A DNA stretch of 64,000 bases. Origin: Schmidtea polychroa. Taxonomy: Eukaryota. The position numbers and the translations under genes are program-made. Numbering within the stretch: position 1 is the stretch's first letter; each line of letters begins with the position of its first letter. The stretch is taken from contig CM097886.1 of the NCBI GenBank assembly GCA_044892525.1, forward strand, positions 40,052,001 through 40,116,000. Direction: 5' to 3'. Positions 1 to 14,589 of the stretch are shown piece after piece. The notes beneath the pieces were generated by a model. The model was not told the DNA's origin. It ran no database searches and saw only the letters and a list, made by a program, of their open reading frames with translations.

Positions 1-2989
1 TAAAATAATAATTTATAATACTACTAGCTACAAACGCGCCAGGGATCCTGAAAACTCACAACAGTGATAAAAATAGCAACTGTCGATTGTACTTTTAAAA
101 ATAGAAAGTTGATTATGGAAAACAAATATTGTTGTCACTTAAAGTCAAGAGCAACAAAATTTATTATATAAGCAGAGAGAATTCTCGGTGAAATCGCCAA
201 AATAATTCTTAGATCAAGAAGAATTTCATAGTTGATATCGATTATTGAAAGAATAAAATAGAGCAGACAGTATATCCAGCTCAGAAAAAGCTTTCGATAA
301 ATACAGTACTAGGCACGCAATACATCTATACACATTACAATAAATAAAACTAATGGAGGTTGAGGTAATTTTTATCACTTAATTACTTTGTAATTGTAAA
401 ATCAGAATAAAACTTACTAACCATTGTTGACTTGTTTATTTATATAAGATACCAAGAGGAGGTTCCAAAAAAGTCAACACTTATATATATATATATATAA
501 ATTTTGAAAGCATAGCATTTAATGAAAATAATTTGTTTTTATAATATCTATTAATATTATTAACATTTGACCCATGATAAATAAAATTTAATAGTTTTAA
601 TTGTAAAAACAATTTCACAATTTGAAGAATATCCCCAAAAATTGCATCAAGTGTAATTCTTATTTTCACTTAATATTGTTTTTTCACTATATTATATAAT
701 ATTCCTACTAGAATTCTATTTTATATTTTATTTAACTTAAGTTATAGACTGTTTGGCAGTAAAAATATTATTTATTAAAAGTTTTTAATTTTGAATCCAA
801 TTTAATAAAAGTAAAACAAAACTCAAAAATAATAATAATAGTAATATGTATTATTTGATACGTTTTGATTTCAAATGCACGGAATAAATGAAATATTGCT
901 GTCTTCTTAAGTAGCAGGAAACTTGAAAGTTCTATTAATTGCGACTTCTTGTTTTGGAAATTGCTTAATGGATATACTTAATTCCAATTCAAATGGGAAC
1001 CTCCATGTGTTCCATTAATTGTGCCAAAATTATTAATGTGCCAGATTGAAAATAAATACAAAATCGATTTACACTAATAAACAAATAATTTTTAAATGAC
1101 TTTCATTAAAACAAAATTTTTGTTGAAGAAAAAAAAGTATAACACAATTGCAAATGTATATTATTAGTGTATTAGTATATTATTAGTATATTATTATCTT
1201 TTTATAAATTTTTGTTTATCTGAAGTAAGAATAAATGAGTTCTATATTTTGTTATTAGATTTTTTTTTCATTTTTTCATTATATTTTGAAAAAAGTTGCA
1301 AGCGTATTTGGTTTATATTTGAGGGAAATTATGAGCAATTAAAAGAAATCAAAATCTGAGCCAATTTATAGATTGAAAATAATTTGATATTTGCTATGGT
1401 GCTAACTTAATTTTAATTCCTCTAATAATTTTACCCGAGGCTCTTTGATAATATTAATTCTTGAAGCGGACCAAAATGAACTGTTGACACCTGATTTATT
1501 GCAATTTCGGTAAGCAACAGTTTAAAATATTAAAGTATATCGGTAACCGTGATATAAGAAATTTATATTTTAAAATACCGAAATGCAATACAATAATGAC
1601 CCGTTAATATAGAAAATAATTCTTTACGAATATGTTTGCATAATCTTTGAAAAAAATATATTTTTAACAGAAAATGTAACAAGAAAGCCATTGTAATATT
1701 TTGACTATNNNNNNNNNNNNNNNNNNNNNNNNNNNNNNNNNNNNNNNNNNNNNNNNNNNNNNNNNNNNNNNNNNNNNNNNNNNNNNNNNNNNNNNNNNNN
1801 NNNNNNNNNNNNNNNNNNNNNNNNNNNNNNNNNNNNNNNNNNNNNNNNNNNNNNNNNNNNNNNNNNNNNNNNNNNNNNNNNNNNTCTTTACCTATCATAT
1901 AGAAGCATAATAATATTCTCCTTTAAATAATAACTATGTATTATAATCTTTAGATATTATTAAATTATTACTTATACTTTTGTGTGAATCATATGTCATG
2001 TTAATTATATTTATTATTATGATATTTGAAAATTTACAATATTCATATTGTTTAATAATTTTAATCAAAATAATTTTTTATATTAAAATTTATAATATTA
2101 ATGTTGAAAAAATGATGGAACATTTTGACTAAATAAGTGAAAATACCAAATAATAGGTGATCCTCATATGATATGATTCTTTTGTGTCTTGATTCTTTTA
2201 TGGCAAATCATATTATTTCGTCTTTTTTACGCTTTTTGTTGACATATTTTTTTCTACGTTTATATAGGAGACCTTTTGTTCTCCTAGACACAATTTTGTA
2301 CTCTATTTTGTGTTTATTTCTTCATTACTCTTGATGCTTTTTTTGTTTTTTTGTTTGATTGAAACTTTAACAAAGTATCCTCAGTTGCATCTCGTACAAC
2401 AGATACGTTTATTTATTTTAAATCTCTTTTACTATGACAATCCGATTAAACATTCTGTCAAATGCCCTGTTATTATCATTCACTATTATTCTATCACCAA
2501 TTCGTACTTCTGAATCTCACCTATTTCTATCATATATTTTCTTTTCTTACTGTTTCTTTTTGGTTTTTCGGTATTGGCTTTTCGATTAATATTCTTCATA
2601 TCCTCTTCCATTTGCTTAAAGTAATCCATATCATTTATTACTGTTAGGTTCACACTTGTTCTTAATGTTAAAGGTAGCCTATGTTTCGGACCACATATTA
2701 ACTCAAATGGTGCAAATTATGTGGATGGACTATTTTCATCACTATATGTATAATTCAAATACAGGTAGTAAGGCACTGTATTCGTTTGATTTATACCTTT
2801 GATTTATATTTACTGTTTTACTCATATTTAGGCAGTAATATTTTTGTCTGAGTTTTATTCACAATATATTCTTTACTACTACCTAATATTTATTTTATAA
2901 TCTTTTCATTCTCACATTGTTGACCAATTCTAAGTTAGCAAATATTGAATTAGTTACAAACAATTGATGGCAATATCTACCCTCTTGTA

Positions 2990-3480
2990 CTACAATCTAC
3001 AATTGGATTAGCCAGCTCAAACATGGTCGCCAGTCAGCATTGGATGATGAGAACATAGGTTGTCATTGTCAAAAAAGAGTGAAATGTCTGCAAGTTGCGA
3101 AATAAGAATACTATCACTATCAAGAGTATCTCAGTAGTTGAATGTGAGTACCGAAGGTGTGCATACCATCCTGGATAAATCTGGAATAAGAAAATTGCCA
3201 TTTTGTTTCGTTAAACGCTTTCTTTCCTCTGAAATTTATAAAAACTTGAAGGAATATTGCCTGGAAAACCTTCTGATTTTTGATGAAAATAGTGACCAAT
3301 TCATCAGAAATATCATTAATATGGATGAAACCCTTTTATCCCTGTAAATTCCTGAGACAAAACATGAGTCCATCGAACAGAAATTCTCCTGAAAACAAGT
3401 TCCAAGGAAGACAAGATCTGGAACATGTCATTGAAAATCATTGATGTTCAGAATTTTTTGAGGCCAAGGTGGCATAATCT
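2990..3480 (+). mobile_element. Degenerate mariner (DD34D-type) transposase remnant
   Basis: ORF 3138-3347 reads GVHTILDKSGIRKLPFCFVKRFLS...FIRNIINMDET, matching the mariner HTH / WVPRxL / ITGDETW region. It is followed by PETKHES (PETKxQS-like). Stops and frameshifts are present. Confidence 0.7.
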
Positions 3481-6400
3481 GTACGGATTTCTTTGATATT
3501 TTTTTCGGTAAATGTTACTTTTAATAAAACTTTTTTTAACATTTCTCCTTCACGGGTTTAACTTTTTTGTATTATTTTTCCTTTCAATAATAAACCGCTC
3601 GTTATTTTTCTTGTAAGAACTGATCTATTCTTGAGACTTGACCGTTTTAGTTATAGAAGACTACTTTAGATTTTCGACGTTGAATATTGATGACCATTTT
3701 AACTTTTTTTGTGTACCAATGGGTGGTTTTAGATTTTTTATTAAAACTACAATTCTAAACTTTCTAAATGAAAGTAAATCATTTTAGTTCTTTAGCAATA
3801 TAAAAGACTTAAATGATAATCAAGATAATAAGTATGAGATAATTATTTTAAGTTATTTATGCGAGATCTGCTTTAGAACTTTAAGAGTGCTTTAAACAAT
3901 ACCGATTCTCTTGGACATTTGGCTTGGAGTACAACTATGGCAATATTAAAAGAGGAAAGAAAAGGTGCACTATGAAATAATTCAGAAAAACAAATCATTA
4001 CACTGATCTTTACGGAACTAGATATACAATATCACGTCATTTAAACAAAAAATATTGAAATATTTACACTATCATTTAAAATACTGGGTATAACGTCCAT
4101 TTAAAATAAAAAATAATCGAGTTTAATCCAGCTTACTCTCATATATACATATCAAACATGGAAAATAGTTTCTAACCGAAAATCATAAAGGGAAATTAAA
4201 CTAAATGAGTCATTTAAAACAAATCTAGTAAGTGGAATTGGGAAACATGATAATAAATCAACAATGAAAGAGATTGAAAGCTCATTTTATCAGTCAGTGA
4301 TAGAATAATCAATGTTTCAATATCTTTCACACTTCAATTGATGGAGAGTGCCAGGCAAGCTTTGCTCACAAATCAGGTCCCCTTTCTTCATTGTCACTTT
4401 TCTAATTAAAATTATCAAGAGAGTGGGAACAGATCATGCCTAAATTTGCAATTAATTATCAATTTTTTTAATTCCATTTTTCTCAATTGACGAACCGATC
4501 GGAAAATAATCTAACTTTGATTGGGAACTAATTTTTACTAGAATGACATTAACAAAAATTGCATTATTCATTAGATTGGTGGATAATTGCCGAAATCATT
4601 TACTAATTAACCATTTCTTCTCATCAGTATCACAAGTAGACTGTAAATAATTTATATTTCTTTCGTTTTAATCTTTCTTAGATTTACGTTTGAGAAAACT
4701 GCAGAATCTTTCTAGTGGTTGGGAAAAAAAAATTTTTTTCTGTCATATAAAACGAAAAAAAAGAAGCGGCTTATACCGAAGAAATCAAATGCATTTTTAT
4801 TAGATTGGATTATAAATAATGAATTTTCTTTATTTAGTGAAATTAATTAATTTATTGAAATAAGAGAATTTTTAATTCTCTTCTACAATAAATTAACCAA
4901 AATTATTCACTCAATATTTTTTTCTATTTTATATGAACACTTTATAAATAGATGATTTATAGAACAATTAGATTTATTTTTGGTTGCTACAATTAAAACA
5001 AAACAAAATGTAATTTTCAGTAAGTTTTATACAAATATTTTATAATAATTTTAATCGTTAAATTAAATTTCCTTTCTTTAATTTAGAAAATTTTATAACT
5101 TATAATTCAAAAATAGTTTTTTAAAAAAACAAAAAATTATAAAAAACATAAAACATAAAATAATAAGCCTTATGTGATGTTATTATATTATAAGAATCAT
5201 AGAAACTACCTGTGTGTTGAAAATTCATTATAGCAGTTACACCTACCAATTTACTGTTTCAAAATTTTGTAGAAAAAATTACTGAAACATACAAACACAG
5301 CACGCGTAATTCCTATACCAAAATAAACATGCAAACAAGCGATAAAATGCACCTGTTGTAAAAGATACACAATTTTTAAGAAAATATTATTTTATATGAA
5401 ATTGGAAACTATTTCTAAAGGATAATACTTCAAGCATACTTTCATTTGGGGGAAAACAAAGAAGGAATTCTGAGTTTTAATTGTTTATTATTAATAATTG
5501 TTGTTAAATTATTGTTAAAAAATTATTCTAATCATATAAAAAATTTCTTTCCAAAATCTTTGCAAAAACAAAATTATGGTGGAATCGCAATTTATTTAAT
5601 AATTCAATAAATTTAACAATTAAAATATTTTCCATTAAAATTCTCAAGGATAATTAGAGAATAATTTAAAATAATACATTTCCAGAATTAGATAAAATAA
5701 TTGTACAATTATTACTATTAATTGTCAAAATAATACGAAGTTCTTGATTTGAAACTCATTTAAAATTAAATAATTAAATATATAATTAGTTACTGTAGCT
5801 TTTCTTTTGTTTTAACCATCTAATTGTCATTATTAAATTACGAATAAAAAAAAATAATTTCGAACGACTAAATATATTAAATTTTAAATAGTTTTTTTAA
5901 TGAATTTATTTATTAATGTGTTCGTGATATTTTGCTCTTTCTCACATCTGATGTTTATTTACGTTTTAACACAGGAGCTTGTTATGGCTAGGTGGCATAC
6001 TTCTTATGCAAGTATTGGTTTTCCATGTTATTCATTTTAAACATTTTCATGGTTACATCTGTTCTCGATCCATAAACGCCAAATGATGTTAAACATCGAG
6101 GTTACACCCAATTTGGTAATGCAAAACGTGGTTGAGAACTAACGGACAAATGAGTTTTGCTGTCAAAGTTATTCTTCGTTAATTCTCCAAGTCAGATTTT
6201 ATAATACTACTTGCATAACGTATCATTTCCAGTTCCACTCTTAGGGGTTTTTATTGATTTTACATAATTTTCCCTTTTTAACTGAAACTTTTATATCTTG
6301 ATTCGTTTGGCATTGTTCATATTCTGACAGCTGCCGACAATCTGCTTATTCAAAACAATATTGAACAGCGTTTTACTATGTTTTAAGGATTCTTTTTACT

Positions 6401-7937
6401 AGCAGTTTAGGAACTTTTCACAATAAAAACTGCTCCACATTTTACAATTACTTCACTCTTGAATGCAAACTATTCTATGGAAGGAATTAGTAAAAACTCA
6501 TTACTTTGTCTAATCTAAATAACTAAGTGTTTCGGATGCCTGTTTTCTTTTCATCTCCATCTGAAATATAGCTAATGAAAGGGTATTTTGAAGTCTTAAT
6601 CTGAAGGAGTTACAGGAATAGGATAGTTAAAATGCCAGTTACATTTCACAAGTATTTCTCAAACTCGAAGTCAGAGATTGTCAGCTGATCTTATCCCAAT
6701 TCATTCACATCAATCTTGAGCATTTGAGCATATCTTTTATGAAATGATAAAATAGAAGGAAAATACTCTGTTGTTAACTTGAGAAAGTGTATTCTTACAA
6801 CCCGACTGCTACAGGTAAATATAAACAAACTGAAAATGGAAGTTGATTACTGTTTAGTGCTCGATTACGTGATTTTCCTGAAATCGAATTATACGCTTGC
6901 GTTAATGATATGTCGGAGAGAAATTCTGAAGAATTATGTTTTTAAAATTTGAGGGGTTCGCATCAAAAGAATGTAATATAAATAAATCAGGAATTAAAAT
7001 GATACATAAAGTTATGAATTAATTGAATTACAGGCTAAAAATTGCTATATTTGAGACCTGAAAAGTATAATTATATCAAATATTTTCAATTTAAAAATGG
7101 ATCCCTAGGATGGGTGAATGTAAAAATATAAACTAATAAATTAATTTAAAAATTTATAGATCTATCAATCATCATTTGAACGAAAAACAAACTTCAGTTT
7201 TGACAATTGTAGGATCAAAATGTGACACTCAAATCTAAATGAAGAAAACCCGCGATGATAATTGATTGGGAACTGTCATATATAAACTAGTTAATTTAGA
7301 TTGGAAATTGTCTTTTTGATTGAGGAGTTATCTGGGGAATTTATAGATTTTTAATCAAATTTATTTCTTGATCGTCTGAACTTTTTGATAGGTTTGTATA
7401 AAGATTATATGGAATAAAACTGCAATTGGTTGGGTCTTGTTTATTTAAATTATGACCGGAAATATCTCGAATAATCTACAATTTTTTGAAATTTATTTAA
7501 AAGTGTAATTATTGACGCCTTTGGCCTTCACTAGATTGCAAATTCAGACGGACGTGTAAATATGTAAAAAAAATTAAGTCTCAGAAATCGATACAGACAT
7601 TCAACACTGGTTACATTCAAAACCATGTAGTATCTTCTCAAATGGTATTCAAAAATTACCAGGATGTCGGAGAAATAGATGTGTTAGTTTTTTTAAATTA
7701 ATTTACTTTGATTTTAAAAATTGGATTTTTCGGAAATTATTATTATTATATTCGGAAATTATTATGATTCTTGTTGTTTAAATTTGTGATTTATGGAAAT
7801 TTAAAGTTGTGTAGAATTTTAAAAATATAGAATTTAGTTGGTGATATTTGTTGTTTTTGAATTTGCTTGTGGAACTGAGTGTATTTTACTATACATATAT
7901 GTAAAATAATTTACTAGAAAATATTTTCCTACTCTGA

Positions 7938-8460
7938 ATGAATTTTGTAATGATAGTTACCACAATTGAAGATTTCCATCAATATTCTTTTTCAAATCAA
8001 TTTATTAAATTTACTAATTGCCTTCTCTGTTTGAACTCCAAAATTATTGTGGATGATTTATGGATCAAAGATGGCGTTATTCAAGATTCAGAGCCGTTTT
8101 ATGTCGACAAATGTGCTCCTGATGTAATTATAGATTGTCAGAGTGCAATTATATCTCCAGGATTCATCGATATTCAAATTAATGGTGGATAGAGATATGA
8201 CTTTTCCGATTTAACACAGGAGCTTGAAACTAGTTTAAAAGTAGTTAGTAAAAACCTCGTTAAATTCACGTGACATGTTTCTGTCCAACACTTGTTGTGT
8301 CATAAGATGAAGTTTATGATGAAATATTTTTGAAGACCTATAAAATATCAAGTGAGAACTCACTGAATCTAGGATTTCACATAGAAGGCCCGTTTCTATC
8401 GGGTTTAAAGAGTGGAATGCATGATCAAAATTCATTAATAGAATTTGGTCCCAATCCGGT
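7938..8460 (+). pseudogene. AMDHD2: N-acetylglucosamine-6-phosphate deacetylase pseudogene, 5' half
   Basis: FTNC...DDLWIKDGVI...IISPGFIDIQINGG is followed by an in-frame TAG, then RYDFSD. After a frameshift come VTCFCPTLVVS* and LGFHIEGPFLS...GMHD. No introns across this stretch; 3' part missing. Confidence 0.85.
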
Positions 8461-9398
8461 TGAGACTAAACACGAAACAGGATGAATGAATTGAAGCTCA
8501 TTTTATGTTATTCTAGGAATGGCACAATAAAACTTTCAACCCAATTCTATATTATAAATATATTGAATACGATTCTATTGCATCTTACATCGTAACCACC
8601 CCTTATAAAATTAATACACAACAGATTCAAGATATGGCATTAAGAAGTTTAAAGATTGTCAAAGATTTTTCGAAATGGCAAAGATAATAGTTATAGGTCA
8701 AAGCAACAATAAAGATGATGGGGAATGTAAACAAAACAAAATGTAATTAAATACTAATGTTGAGGTTATAAAATAATCAACATTAAAATTAAATAATATT
8801 TATAATGAAAAAAGGAGAGATGTGAAAGTTAGGTCAGGGAGAGGATTGATAGTTCAAAGAAATAAAAAGAGAGCAAAGAGTTAACTTGAAGAAATGTAAC
8901 TTGAAGAAAACATGCAACGCTATGAATTCTATATACAAATGCGGTCAAATAGAATTGTTTAACTATAGAATTCAGAAGGTGAATCCCGATGGAGACATTT
9001 TTTACATGAACCTCATAACAGAATAAAAAGATGAACCAAAAAGGGAATGTATACTTATGCTTATTGTGAAATATCTAAAGCAATAGCTGAAAACACTTGG
9101 CAAATCTGAAAATTTTGACGGAACACTGAGTGTTTCGACCAGTCAGAGGGGAAATGACTTCTCCCTCTGACTGGCTGTATGAATCCGGCCTCACGTCTGT
9201 GTGCGATTGTGGTGGCTATTGTGTCAAGCACACAGACGCGGACAATGTTCTGAACCGAATTTGTATAATTTCAAATTGATTTTGGAATTATTTTATGAAA
9301 TTGCTGGAATTGATTTCGAATAATGTATTAGAATTTTCTAGAGTTTCGTTATGAATGGTTTTTGTTTAAAAACATATATTTTGGAGTGAGATTTGAAT

Positions 9399-9790
9399 AT
9401 GGAAGAAAAAGTATATGTACTGCGAACTTATCACATCGAATTGTGGAAACTTTATTTGTCTCACCTAAAAGAAAAAGATAACAAAATTCCTAGTTTCAAA
9501 GAAATTATTCAGTAGATAAAATGGGTTTGGATTTAAAGAGTTTTCCCATTTTAAAATCAACTCAAGCCAAAGGTCAATATACTGAAAGCCAAAAGATAAT
9601 TACCGCACGTCGAATCTATCATCGGGCTATTGTTACCCCATTGCATCATATTGAGACAATTTGGAGATTGTGATGCTCTAGAAACTTCTATTATTAACGT
9701 CATCGTTAGGAGAATTATCGAAGAACTTGTAGTTTGGATTTCAAAAGATGGTCAAACTCAAGAACATGTTTTCTTGACTTATGAACTTGG
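9399..9790 (+). mobile_element. Probable internally deleted Tc1/mariner-like remnant
   Basis: MEEKVYVLRTYH...PSFKEII.*IKWV resembles an N-terminal transposase HTH, and LETSIINVIVRRIIEEL...GQTQEHVF resembles the C-terminus. Heavily decayed. Confidence 0.4.
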
Positions 9791-10508
9791 AGTCAAGCAA
9801 ATGATTATTGATCAAAATAAAAACTGGCTTGTTATAATTCTTTTTCACTCAATACACTTAGCTTATTTTTTAGGTTGTGTAATTCATAATAGTATAAATA
9901 AAAATTAAAAATGTTATTATAGAAATATCAGCGAATCAGGTAAAAACAATCCCATCTACCACATCTTTTTCATGCGCACAGGATGAGAGATAGTTTTTCT
10001 CCCTCATTAAAAAATATTGCTACTTGTTAAAGACTTTTATTGCTGTACCCAACTTCTAGGTACTAAATATCTTCGCCTGCTCTTGACGTCATAAAACTCA
10101 ATGAAGTTTAACCGTCACTCATCTTTTATTATGAAGTAGAATATGTTCAATTTTTTAAAGTTACTCCAAATTTTTGCGAAATATCGATTTAGGCTCCGCG
10201 GAAGGTAGTTTGGGAAACCTTGCCCTAGAGAAATAAATTAACCTTGTTTGACTTATCCAAAAATGTGGATCCATTTGATTGGCGAGTATATATTGAATTC
10301 AGTCGTTGTAATTTGTTGATTTTTAAAAATTTTTAATTTATATTGATTTTAAAGTGCATTTATTGAATTTTTAGTGCAAAATTTTTAAAATAGAATTTAT
10401 GTATTAATATTTGTTTGTGAAAATAAAATTTCTAATCCTACCGAAACCTTTAGAAACCCAAAATATAAAGAATTCTATAAATTAAAATAACAAAAATAAA
10501 CCGAAATT

Positions 10509-13500
10509 TTATTTTCTACAAACCTTCTTAAAATCTTCATTTTTAATCAAAAACGTATTTTGATCGCATTGCAAAGATTCGAATGAATGATATTCATTGG
10601 ATGCCAGCAAATGATTGGCAATTATATCTCCATTGAAATATTTTAAATCTCTCAATTGCAGCGCAAAGTCCGCTGTAAAGCAACCCTGACGAATCCTTCG
10701 ACATTTTGTGAGGACGGTTGCGGTTTTGAGCCTGTTACCGATGTCTTTGATAAAATCAATAATGAAATCAAAATCCTCATTGATGATGGTCATCTCTGTA
10801 ATATTGTTGAGGAAATGAATCTATTGTGATTTATTGAGTGATTCATTTTGTACCTATTGTGAAAAAGGGCGGCTCGAATTCAACACAATTCAACCCGTAA
10901 ACAATGGGAGACTGTTTCCGGACTGGATCGCAATTGTCGCGATCTTCACTGGATATCAGCTTTGGCCGTATCAATCCGCCACTGTTGGCAATCGCATCAT
11001 ATGCGCTCTGGCTGTTGGGAGATATTCCTGCTGCCAGGTAGGAGAACGTCAGAAAATGCTGCAATCGATTCTGTAATATATACTCAAGCGTGTTTCTCCT
11101 GGCTCCTTCTAATTATCGCAATATTTATCATTTTATAAAATGGTGAAATAAACTATATGCATTTCATTTCATTTTTTATTTTGGCTTAGTTAGAATATCA
11201 CAGCAATCGGCACCATTATGAAATATGAGTTATCGCCATGTTTCACAGAGGCCACCGATCGCATCACAGGGAATTAGGCAGGCTCTTACTACGGACAATA
11301 AAATAATCCATTTTCTCNNNNNNNNNNNNNNNNNNNNNNNNNNNNNNNNNNNNNNNNNNNNNNNNNNNNNNNNNNNNNNNNNNNNNNNNNNNNNNNNNNN
11401 NNNNNNNNNNNNNNNNNNNNNNNNNNNNNNNNNNNNNNNNNNNNNNNNNNNNNNNNNNNNNNNNNNNNNNNNNNNNNNNNNNNNNNNNNNNNNNNNNNNN
11501 NNNNNNNNNNNNNNNNNNNNNNNNNNNNNNNNNNNNNNNNNNNNNNNNNNNNNNNNNNNNNNNNNNNNNNNNNNNNNNNNAATATTAAAATAAAATATCT
11601 TAAAAAATAGAATATTAAAATGGAAATAAAAATGAATTAATTATTAATTATAATTATTATTTTTATTGATTTGTTATTATTATTTATTTANNNNNNNNNN
11701 NNNNNNNNNNNNNNNNNNNNNNNNNNNNNNNNNNNNNNNNNNNNNNNNNNNNNNNNNNNNNNNNNNNNNNNNNNNNNNNNNNNNNNNNNNNNNNNNNNNN
11801 NNNNNNNNNNNNNNNNNNNNNNNNNNNNNNNNNNNNNNNNNNNNNNNNNNNTAAAATAAAATATCTTAAATATAGAATATTATAATGGAAATAAAAATGA
11901 ATTAATTATTAATTATAATTATTATTTTTATTGATTTGTTATTATTATTTATTTANNNNNNNNNNNNNNNNNNNNNNNNNNNNNNNNNNNNNNNNNNNNN
12001 NNNNNNNNNNNNNNNNNNNNNNNNNNNNNNNNNNNNNNNNNNNNNNNNNNNNNNNNNNNNNNNNNNNNNNNNNNNNNNNNNNNNNNNNNNNNNNNNNNNN
12101 NNNNNNNNNNNNNNNNNNNNNNNNNNNNNNNNNNNNNNAATATTAAAATAAAATATCTTAAAAAATAGAATATTAAAATGGAAATAAAAATGAATTAATT
12201 ATTAATTATAATTATTATTTTTATTGATTTGTTATTATTNNNNNNNNNNNNNNNNNNNNNNNNNNNNNNNNNNNNNNNNNNNNNNNNNNNNNNNNNNNNN
12301 NNNNNNNNNNNNNNNNNNNNNNNNNNNNNNNNNNNNNNNNNNNNNNNNNNNNNNNNNNNNNNNNNNNNNNNNNNNNNNNNNNNNNNNNNNNNNNNNNNNN
12401 NNNNNNNNNNNNNNNNNNNNNNNNNNNNNNNNNNNNNNNNNNNNNNNNNNNNNNNNNNNNNNNNNNNNNNNNNNNNNNNNNNNNNNNNNNNNNNNNNCCT
12501 TTTGCTGCGAATTATATATTTAATAAAAATAAAAAAAATTTTCAACTTTAAAATAGTCCTTTGTTATAACAGTAAATTTTAATAAAAACAAATATTAAAA
12601 AATATATCTTAGAGCAAGGGTGTCAACTCAAAAGACCCGTAAAAGTATTTTAAGTACGCCGTGGTCCACATCAAAAAACTTAAGAAGCACTGTAACATTT
12701 TTTATTATATTTAAATAATTTACATACTTACTACACCGCATACATTAACCTATTGCCTCATAACGCTAAATATTATAATTCTGATAGAAATTTTGAAGGA
12801 TGGGATGAAAAAAAAAATAAAAATCTAATTATTACAAATGCAATTATTTTTTCCCTGAGGTTTTATATCTCTTTTTTCTTAAATTCGGCTTAAATGTACT
12901 TGTCGTTCCCACCTTCATCAAGGATGTCAAATATACTTTTAGAGATCATTAGGAATAAAAATCAAAATAAATTATTTTGTTAAAATTAAAAATTATTTTG
13001 TTAGTTTTGTTTTGAATTTTAGTGGATATTTAATAAAAAAATTAAAAAAATTTTTAAATTTCTTCAAAAAAAGTTAATTTTTAACCAATGAAAAATTAAG
13101 TTATATATATATATATATATATTAAAAATAGAATATTAAAATGAAAATAAAAAATCTATATTAATTATCAAATTTAAAATTATGTAAAAATTATTTACTC
13201 CATCCGGTTCTGTAAACTGTACAACTTTCTGGAGTTCCTGTGTAAGTTGATCTACCCATCATGCATGTAATTCGATAAACATTTACATAGCAATTCTCTT
13301 CAAAAAGCTTTCCTGACAATGCCAGTCCAACAGGACCAATACCAAAAACTAGAGTATGTTTAAATTAAAACTATAAAATTTGTATACCCTGAACTCCTGA
13401 GGAAAACGTTGATAGTGGATTAGGAGCGTAGACTTCAAAATCGGTTGGATGAAAGTGTGGACCAGTTACTAATAGACAAAGACAATTAATTAATTACGTA

Positions 13501-13810
13501 AGTATTATACCTTTGGGTGAACTTAATAAATCAGGTACTATTACAACTTTAGTTTCATTTGATTCTCTAACAACTTTAGTAATTATTCTTTCATTCTTAG
13601 TTTCCAAACTATTAAAACCTACAAAAAGAATAAGAATATAAATAAAAAATATAAATATTGTATATAATTTTTGAATAAAAATGTATAAATACCTGATGAT
13701 AAGAAATATTGAACATTAGTTGTGAATTTCGTCATCGTACAATTTGGTGGCTTATAAACAACGAGTAAGCCATTTAGAATTTTATAAAGCTCTCGAGAGG
13801 TCCAAGACAT
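10509..13810 (-). CDS. TRUB2: Mitochondrial pseudouridine synthase TRUB2, 6 exons, 332 aa
   Basis: Exons 13810-13693, 13618-13511, 13468-13388, 13348-13199, 11108-10854, 10795-10509, all with GT-AG introns and consistent phase (999 nt). Motifs LNGLLVVYKPP, GPHFHPTDF, SSGVQVFGIG, GLIRP...SPIVYGLNCVEFEPPFFTIE and IGNRLKTATVLTKCRRIRQGCF match the TruB2 family. Confidence 0.92.
11581..12239. repeat. About 110-bp AT-rich unit seen three times between N gaps, in TRUB2 intron 4
   Basis: aatattaaaataaaatatcttaaa...gatttgttattatt recurs at 11581-11690, 11852-11955 and 12139-12239, each flanked by Ns. Either an unresolved tandem repeat or a scaffolding artefact. Confidence 0.75.
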
Positions 13811-14589
13811 CTAATTATTAAATTAATTAATTCAATATTTTAAAACATTGGAATTGCTTATTAATTTTTGAAAGATAATGGTCAATGAATTAATTTATAT
13901 GACATAGATTATTAAATATTATTAAAACATTTGAAACTCAAGGTCATACTGCTAAACTAATTATACTAAATAAATGTTTTAATATTTTTCAACTTATTTA
14001 TTTATGCATTACTTTTTATGCGTGTAAATTGATGTTATAAGTGATATCGAACTTAACTTAAAACTTAATAAATTTAATAATAACATGAATTTATCAGAGA
14101 AATTGTAGAAATAGTAAAATAACAATTATGAGAAGTAGTTGGGTATTTGAATAATGAGCTCTAGTACTAATTCATCAACATACATCAACATACATAATTA
14201 TCCAGGGCTGGTTAAACTACTAGGCAAATACACATGACGCCGTGACTGTGGTACTAAAAGCATTTCTTTCCTTTACAGACGATAAATAATAAATTTATAT
14301 GGCTCAATTTAAATTTCACTGTTTCACAGAGGAAGCCGGTAAAGTAATGACTAATCAAGTTACTCTTGGAATTCAATTCATTTGACCTGCATGACCGTCT
14401 CCTGTTTATTTATAAATCCAAATTTGGTGTGGTGTATACGAATTCTGGTACGCCGTGTGTATATACATCTGTTTGTACTAAATAAATTTTTCTATAATAC
14501 AAGTAAGTTTGACAATCTCTAGATGACTCATGTTTTGTCATCAAGTATTTTCATTCAAATTATATATTTATTTTTTTAAATTTTTTATA

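Noticed and set aside
11225-12582. ORFs spanning N runs (also 1563-1910, 29260-29472, 33990-34196, 46634-47006)
   Set aside because: Open only because Ns translate as X.
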